A stretch of DNA of 64,000 nucleotides from the NCBI RefSeq assembly GCF_006345805.1, contig NC_043015.1:5146001-5210000 (forward strand), given 5' to 3'. This DNA is from Octopus sinensis (Eukaryota). A model generated the notes under the pieces. The model saw nothing but the letters and a program-made list of their open reading frames with translations. It made no database searches and was not told where the DNA came from. Below, in pieces: positions 57,006-64,000 of this stretch. How positions within the stretch are numbered: the stretch's first letter is position 1; every line of letters starts with the position of its first letter. The position numbers were made by a program, and so were the translations under genes.

Positions 57006-57627
57006 AGAGAGAGAGAGAGAGAGAGAGAGTAAATTAAACTATATTATAATTCATATTAGTTAAATTATCTTTAAACATTTATACTAGCTTTAACAACTAG
57101 ATACTTCAAAACAACCTAAGTAAATAATCAATCATAAATGTAAATACTGCGTTTTTTCATAACACGTAAAAGCCTATTCCTATATATAATGAAATGACCT
57201 CCAATTTACATATCCATTTAGTTAATAATTAAAACTTTAAAAAAATTATATGCTACATTTTGACAAATATTGAATATGTGCTCCCATATATTCTACAACA
57301 TTATATCATATTATATTCTTTGTCTTGTCACTCCCTCATTCAACTTTTCTTTTATTCTTCATCTTAACTGATCAATTCTAGATATTAAACTTCGCCTTCC
57401 ATAACTCTAACTACTTGACATTTTGAATATTAATAAGTAAAAATATGTTTAAATATATTGGTTTCCAATGTGAATGTATATATATATATATTATATATAT
57501 ATATATATAATATATATATATATAATATATATATATATAATATATATATATATGTGTGTGTCTGTTTGGTGTGAATATACGCATATGTATATGTGTATAC
57601 ACGTATGTATATATACTGCAGTATATA

Positions 57628-57685
<58 letters not shown>

Positions 57686-57969
57686 AGGCGCAATGGCCTG
57701 GTAGTTAGGGCAGCGAACTCGCCTTCGATTCCCAGACCGGGCGTTGTGTGTGTTATTGAGCGAGAACACCTTAAAACCCCACGAGGCTCCGGCAGGGGGT
57801 GGTGATCCCTGCTGTACTCTTTCTCCACTCTTTCTCTCACTCTTTCTTCTGTTGCCTGCTCGCTTAGCCAACGAGATGGCGTCATTCGAAGGCTAAAAGA
57901 ATGAGAACGCATTGTGACCAGCGATGTGTAGCAACATCTGATGGTCTGGTCGGTCACGTGATCACGTGA

Positions 57970-57970
<1 letters not shown>
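57686..57970 (+). mobile_element. SINE with a family C head and body but a different 3' tail
   Basis: Shares AGGCGCAATGGCC...CCACGAGGCTCCGGCAGG...CCCTGCTGTACTCTTT with 35021, then diverges and ends GGTCACGTGATCACGTGAT. Confidence 0.85.
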
Positions 57971-58033
<63 letters not shown>

Positions 58034-58099
58034 GAAAGTATAAATATATAATATGAATATATACACTTTACATATTGAAGGCTAAGTGTTTACATGTAG

Positions 58100-58790
58100 T
58101 ATGGCTTTCAAGATATACATCTTAAGGTTAAGATTTTTAAAACTTTAGTCTTTCCTTCATTTTAAATGTGGCATTTATTCCTTGAATTGTATCTATTACC
58201 AAACCAAGGAAATTAATTCATCTATACCGGTCGACTGATAATTTGTTTTACTATCTAGCTGGGCCTTCAGTTATTTTACTATATAATATTTCTCTTTCAT
58301 ATTTCTTTTTATTTAAATCTATATACTACATATGTTACATACATTTATATTTTTCATTACTTTTTATCTTTTATAATCTTACTTTACCGCTATTTTTATG
58401 TCATTTTATTTTATCTTTACTTACTTCAGTAATTCACTAGCTACATACACACGCATAACATATACGATCTAACTTCTTAAACGTATTAGTAATTCGTCTA
58501 GATCCTTTCAAGAAATATGTTAACATTTGGTGTATAAACTCATGAAGCTCTGATGAGATTCTGCCATGTATACCTGAAATTGATGACCAATTCTTAGCAT
58601 ATGACGCTACCCAAATGCTTACGATGAAGGATCACCTAGTGGCATGAATCGAAACACATGTAGGTTTTTGGCATATGTCATTTCTGTTAGAGGTTTATAA
58701 TTTATAATTTACTTTTGTACTTTTTTAAAAACCTTATAAACTTATACATATTAATTATTTATACTTTCACAATCCTCCATCTTCTTTCTT
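58100..58790 (+). mobile_element. Neptune-like PLE 3'-end relic containing a hammerhead
   Basis: Shares ATACGATCTAACT (58462-58474) with the minus strand of the Neptune element (41294-41306); similar pyrimidine-rich 3' UTR; hammerhead at 58544-58668. Confidence 0.55.
58544..58668 (+). ncRNA. Type I hammerhead ribozyme with intact core and a 73-nt insert in stem II
   Basis: Stem I GAAGCU/GGUUUU (3 G.U pairs); CUGAUGA at 58550-58556; stem II GAUUCUGCCA (58557-58566) / UGGCAUGAAUC (58640-58650), 10 bp with 1 bulge; GAAA at 58651-58654; C-ACAU-G; GUA triplet (58660-58662). Confidence 0.72.
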
Positions 58791-58793
58791 TCA

Positions 58794-59166
58794 TCTCTCT
58801 CTATATAAATGGCAGTTTGTCTGTGCGTGTTTCTGTGTGTCTGTTTGCTTGTACCCTAACTCTGACCACGGCTTTCAACCGATTCTGATGAAACTTGACA
58901 CACACATAGCCCAATGTCATAATTCAAAACTAACGCAGCGAAAATTTTGAAAAGTTCCCCCAGTTCAGAAAAAGATCGATAAATTCGACATGGGGTCGAC
59001 AATCAGAAACACAAACCGCAGATGGTGTAGGGGACGCAACTCGGCCTTTTTAGCTATCAAAAAAAATTTACCATCATTTTTTTGCTATTTTTTGGCTATA
59101 ACTCTCTAAAAGTGCTTTATAGTTATTTCCCTTACAAACCCGAGCAACGCCGGGCGATACTGCTAG
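58794..59166 (+). mobile_element. Non-autonomous Helitron (5' type 1, 3' type 1)
   Basis: A|TC start, (TGTC)n-like 5' microsatellite, 3' hairpin CCCGAGCAACGCCGGG, CTAG|T. Confidence 0.85.
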
Positions 59167-60031
59167 TTATGTATATATATATATATTGCAATAAAAATGC
59201 GGGCGCATGCCTTTTCATATTAAGTTATTATTAGACCTTGAAAAGTACAGAACAAGATATCCCAAAGAAGCTAAAGTGTACTTAAAATTAAAATTCTTCT
59301 ATAATTAAAATATTGCAGCCGAGAATAACATTTAAAAAAATATACTACATTTTATTAAACCAAAAATTATAAAAACTTGACTGGATTTTCCAAAAATAAG
59401 CCCATCCTATTTTCAGTACATTCAGAGATTCTTTTCGTGTATAGCCCCAATAATTTTTATCATTTTCAGAAAAAAAAGTTAATCAATATTATCTAAGTCT
59501 GTATTTAAGCCTAACGGCTTATTTTTGGAAAGAGCAGTATTTCAAGAATGAAATAAAATGGCATTAATTTCTTTAAAATACAGTAGAATTCCCTCCATTT
59601 AGTCATTTTTATGATAGAATTGAAAGTGACAAATTAGGTAAAGTAGCGAATTAGTCAAAGACGCATTAGGATAATTCTACTGTATTAATTCTAATAAATG
59701 TTACTTATGATTTATTTGTCAGACTAAATTTTGTTTCTTTTTTTTTAATGTGGAATATTGACTGAGCATATGGTTGATTTGAAATCCTTTAGTGACCATT
59801 CCACAATGTATTTTTTTGTTTGTAAAGTAATTTCAATTCAAGTGAAAACAATATTGTACAATATTATTTACAACTTCATATTTTATTGTTTGTAATTGTT
59901 ACAAATAAATAAAATGATCATTTAATTTTTTTTATTTCAAAAATCATGAGTTTAAACTTTTCCTTGTTTAAATTTATTTCTGATTGTTTTTGTATTATGT
60001 TTTAAAGATTTACTTGAGTTTTAGATTCTCA

Positions 60032-60416
60032 TCTCTCTCTATATAAACGGCAGTTTGTCTGTCTGCGTGTCTGTGTGTCTGTTAGGTTGTACCCTCACTC
60101 TGACCACGGCTTTCGACCGATTCTGATGAAACTTGACACAGACATAGCCCAATGTCATAATTCAAAACTAACGCAGCGAAAATTTTGAAAATTTCCCCCA
60201 GTTCTGAAAAAAATTAATGAATTCGACATGGGGTCGAGAATCAGAAACACGAACCAGAGACTGTCTAGGGGACGCAACTCGACCTTTTTAACTCTCAAAA
60301 AAAAATTTACCATCATTTTTTTTCCATTTTTTGGCTATATTTTGGCTATAACTCTCTAAAAATGCTTTATAGTTATTTCCCTTACAAACCCGAGCAACGC
60401 CGGGCGATACTGCTAG
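60032..60416 (+). mobile_element. Non-autonomous Helitron (5' type 1, 3' type 1)
   Basis: Colinear with 58794-59166; A|TC ... CTAG|T. Confidence 0.85.
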
Positions 60417-60575
60417 TCATGAATAAAATAGATTGTCTTAAATTTACCGAATATCATGCATTTTGATTTTTGAAATTTTATTCACAGTGTCATTTTAAGT
60501 ACAGTAGAATTTTAAATTCTGTTTTCGGATTACGTGTAAATTTAACTTTAAACATCAGTAACATCATTCTGCATA

Positions 60576-60611
<36 letters not shown>

Positions 60612-60618
<7 letters not shown>

Positions 60619-60827
60619 AAATGAAGAAAATGCTGACAAATAATTGGAGTAATTTAAGTAATTTAATTAGGTGAAAGTTCTTTTTACCGGTTGCGCATTT
60701 GTTATGCTTATCAAAATATCATATTTGATAAGCATAACAAATGCGCAACCGGTAAAAAGAACTTTCACCTAATTAAATTACTTAAATTACTTCAATTATT
60801 TGTCAGCATTTTCTTCATTTCCTTTTT
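60612..60827. repeat. Near-perfect palindrome (104-bp arms, 8-nt spacer)
   Basis: 60612-60715 pairs with 60724-60827; the only non-Watson-Crick position is G60647.T60792. Confidence 0.95.
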
Positions 60828-60862
60828 ATATATCACCACTCGTGTTCGACATCTCCTTTTTT

Positions 60863-60908
<46 letters not shown>

Positions 60909-61439
60909 ATATTGTATGTATATGTATGTATGTGTGTGTGTGTATTTATGATTATGAGTATATATATGTATATATGTATGTATGTGTTTGTGAGAGTTTA
61001 TTTACGATGGAGAGCAGAATAGAGTCCATTTGTCATATATTGTTGTCAAGTTACCAACACGCGCCTTCAAGCTATGTCTTCGTCACACTCAACTCTGTTT
61101 CCCTTCATGGGTGTTTTAAAGAGTCTGCGTGCATTGTGTCTGCGTGTGTGTTTACGAAAGTATGTATGCAGCGTCGCAAGTGTATCTCGGAAGTCGATTT
61201 GATGCGTTATTCTCCCCCTTTTTGACTTCGTATATTAGAAATCTCCACATCTTTCTACTGAACCGAATTTCAAATTTTGCAGCTTAAGCAAATTTGGTAA
61301 AAAAAAAATGGATTACTGACAGATCCTCAATGTGGTCGCGAGTGAGTAAATGTTGATCTTAAGAATATTATTCATTCTGTCGTATTACAATATTGTGTAT
61401 TCTATGAATATAATGTAGATCTTTGCAAGATACCTAAAT

Positions 61440-61640
61440 ACCGAATTGAATGGAACAATTTGCAATACAGTTTCATATTTAAGAGTTGAGGAATTATGTA
61501 CATTATTTACAATATTTACATTCGACGGATATTTGTCCCCATCTTTTTTGTTGTTATCACAACATTTCGGCTGATATACCCTCCAGCATTCTTCAGATGT
61601 ATTGGGGAAATTTCGAACATGGGTTCTCATTCCTAAGGTA
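61440..61640 (-). mobile_element. Short PLE-derived element with a minimal hammerhead (61558-61599)
   Basis: Minus strand: CAU CUGAAGA AU GCUG-GAGGGUAUAU-CAGC C GAAAU GU U GUG. Confidence 0.6.
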
Positions 61641-61651
61641 TTTTTCGACGA

Positions 61652-61680
61652 TAGTATTATTATTATTATTATTATTATTA

Positions 61681-61750
<70 letters not shown>

Positions 61751-61770
61751 TTTTATTGTTATTATTATTG
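61652..61770. repeat. (TTA)n tract forming the (AAT)n tail of the adjacent SINE
   Basis: Direct inspection. Confidence 0.9.
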
Positions 61771-61847
61771 TTCAGGTCACTGCTTGGAATCGAACTCCGA
61801 AGCTTGTGGTTAGTAGCCCGCGCTCTTAACCACTACACCATAGCCCC
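61771..61847 (-). mobile_element. Short tRNA-like SINE head with (AAT)n tail (not a functional tRNA)
   Basis: Minus strand GGGGCTATGGTGTAGTGGTTAAGAGCGCGGGCTACTAACCACAAGCTTCGGAGTTCGATTCCAAGCAGTGACCTG: A/B boxes present, acceptor stem unpaired. Confidence 0.75.
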
Positions 61848-62178
61848 TGGTGATATGGCGCAGGGTGAGAAGTTGAGGGGAGAGAAGTTAATTACATCGA
61901 CACCAGTGTTCAGTTGATACTCATTTTATCGAGTACCTAAATGATTAAGATAAATGGGAAAGACGAATTTGGTAGAATTAGAACTGAAAATGTAAAGATA
62001 GATGAAATGTCACTTCGCTTGGCAAATTATTTTATTTGCTAAAAAACGTCTGAATCCATGGTCAAGGAAATAGATGGCAAATGTTTTTTTTTTATTCCCT
62101 TCGCGATTTTATATGTATATCTATGTATGTATAATGTGTGTATGTGTATAAATTTACGTATATGTATGTCTAACTATA

Positions 62179-62271
<93 letters not shown>

Positions 62272-62273
<2 letters not shown>

Positions 62274-62525
62274 GTGAAATAATATGTGACAATTATTCAA
62301 TAGCCAAAATAAAACTCTGAGTTTCGGATGCCGAGGTGAAAATCCACAACACCATCTCTTTGATTATCTTGCCATCTGAAAAAACGCTATACATATATAT
62401 ATAGCTCTAGTGAAGTATATATATATATCTACGTACCTGATGAGACCCAGAGTAATGGCTCCAAACGTACGCTGTACCCAATGCATGAATAATACTGAAT
62501 CCTTCTCCTGGTAATAGAATTTATA
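62272..62525. mobile_element. Microsatellite-embedded element with two oppositely oriented decayed hammerheads
   Basis: Minus relic at about 62311-62365 (GATG...CATC C GAAAC TCAGA GT T); plus relic at 62433-62477 (GTAC CTGATGA GACCCA-GAGTAA-TGGCTC CAAAC GTAC G...GTAC). Confidence 0.5.
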
Positions 62526-62530
62526 TATTT

Positions 62531-62566
<36 letters not shown>

Positions 62567-62568
62567 TA

Positions 62569-62607
<39 letters not shown>

Positions 62608-63021
62608 CATAGTGTGAGAGAGAGAGTGAGAAAGGGAGTGAGAGCGAGAAAGATAGACAGACAGATAGACAGATAGATGGATAGATAATGCAAGTTGTAA
62701 TTTCTGTTCAAAATTGCTGCTTTGCATGTAATGGTGAAATATTTTACACGACTGTAGATAAGGTAAATGTAAGCTTAAGGCAGAGTACGCAATTAGTTGA
62801 CTTCCCCTTCAACCTTTGTACTTGAATGTCTCACATTTGCAACCCTACTTCAAACTAGATTAATTGTTAAGTAGTTATTCTATTATGACTTAAATTATAC
62901 GTAAGAAGTATACATTTGCAATCATATAAACGATTTCTGTTTGATATCGGATAGAAAGATCAGTACCCAGAATGAAAGAAAGGGTAACAGAATGACAGAA
63001 TAAATGTATATACGTATTTAT

Positions 63022-63088
<67 letters not shown>

Positions 63089-63485
63089 ATATATATATGC
63101 ATGTATGTATGTATATACACACACACACAGACAGACACACACATGCACGCACGGACAACTGCACATACACTTACACACACATTTGCATATATGTATATGT
63201 GTATGTATGAACAAAAACTTATTGAAGGGAATCTACTGATGAAAACAGTTCTGGAATAACTTGAACAAGAACGAAGACTGATGGAGCAAACGCCATTAGA
63301 AATAAAACGTGTAAACAAAAATGAAACAGGAAAGGAAAAAATGGATTTCAGTGACACGGCTGAATGACTACTCCTAGAGTATATTTGAAAACGAGGAAAT
63401 GAAAAGTATGTCAATGGAGAATTGAAAAACCCTTCAACACTGTGAAAGAAGCTAAATGCCTCCATCAATAAAAAACAAACTCAAA

Positions 63486-64000
63486 TATATTATATAAGAT
63501 CCGTTTTGCTGTCTGTGTATGTGTCTTCTAGGATCTCAGGCATCCTCCATCCGATTGCGCTCACATTTTATATGTAGATACCGACGGTATCAAGGAGTGT
63601 AGAAGTTTTCAAAAAATTACAAAAATCGATTCCAGGTGTGAATGCGATAGATAAAGCCATGGGAACGTGCATTTGTACGCGCAAGTATATCAGCTGTTGC
63701 GATCGATACTACGCGTACGCGAGAAAAATGCACGTACAGTTTGTGCAAAAGAAGCCGGCTGGCTTCAAATAATGCCACAAAATGGGACTGTCAGACAAGT
63801 TGTTTTGAGAAAATTTGGTTTAAATGTTTGACAACTCAGCACAGTCCATTGGACGGGGGTGTTTTGCTCGTAAGAATATAATTTCGGTGAGCCATTTTGA
63901 AGAAAGGATAAGTGAAAACGTAGTCATAAACGATTAGATATCCTTCATACGTGTTCAAATTATAAATGGTTGAAATGGGAATAATACAAAAACACGACTA
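63486..64000 (+). repeat. Unclassified repeat-like segment, possibly Helitron-related, running off the window end
   Basis: TATTATATAAGATCCG followed by (GTCT/GTGT) microsatellite as in the Helitron 5' ends; CpG-richer than the flanks; no 3' terminus seen. Confidence 0.25.

Noticed and set aside
61771-61847. Possible tRNA gene (loop CUACUAA)
   Set aside because: The acceptor stem does not pair and it runs directly into an (AAT)n tail, so it is a SINE head.
63200-63470. Purine-rich frame resembling decayed coding sequence (EQKLIEG...LEQERRLMEQ)
   Set aside because: Several stops in about 90 codons and no identifiable motif.

Overview
AT-rich, microsatellite-dense animal DNA. The SINE families and the (TA)n/(ATCT)n/(TAA)n/(GAT)n load look like an octopus (coleoid cephalopod) intron or intergenic region; the taxon is inferred from recalled repeat families, not from a database search. 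No intact host protein-coding gene could be supported, and most ORFs in the supplied track are microsatellite artefacts. The window holds about 20 tRNA-derived SINE copies (several with target-site duplications), a 5'-truncated Dong/R4-type LINE inside a (TAA)n tract, a Penelope/Poseidon-type and a Neptune-type Penelope-like element (PLE), an internally deleted piggyBac with TTAA sites and TIRs, four non-autonomous Helitrons and a probable RTE relic. The most notable signal is a set of hammerhead ribozymes (HHRs). Three are near-complete type I folds: 6025-6069 capping a ~37-bp rod-like hairpin, and 40403-40486 and 58544-58668 with unusually enlarged stem II domains. About eight more are decayed minimal HHRs inside short elements, most of them microsatellite-flanked, one of which forms a near-perfect palindrome with 104-bp arms. 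All RNA folds were paired by eye and none has been tested.
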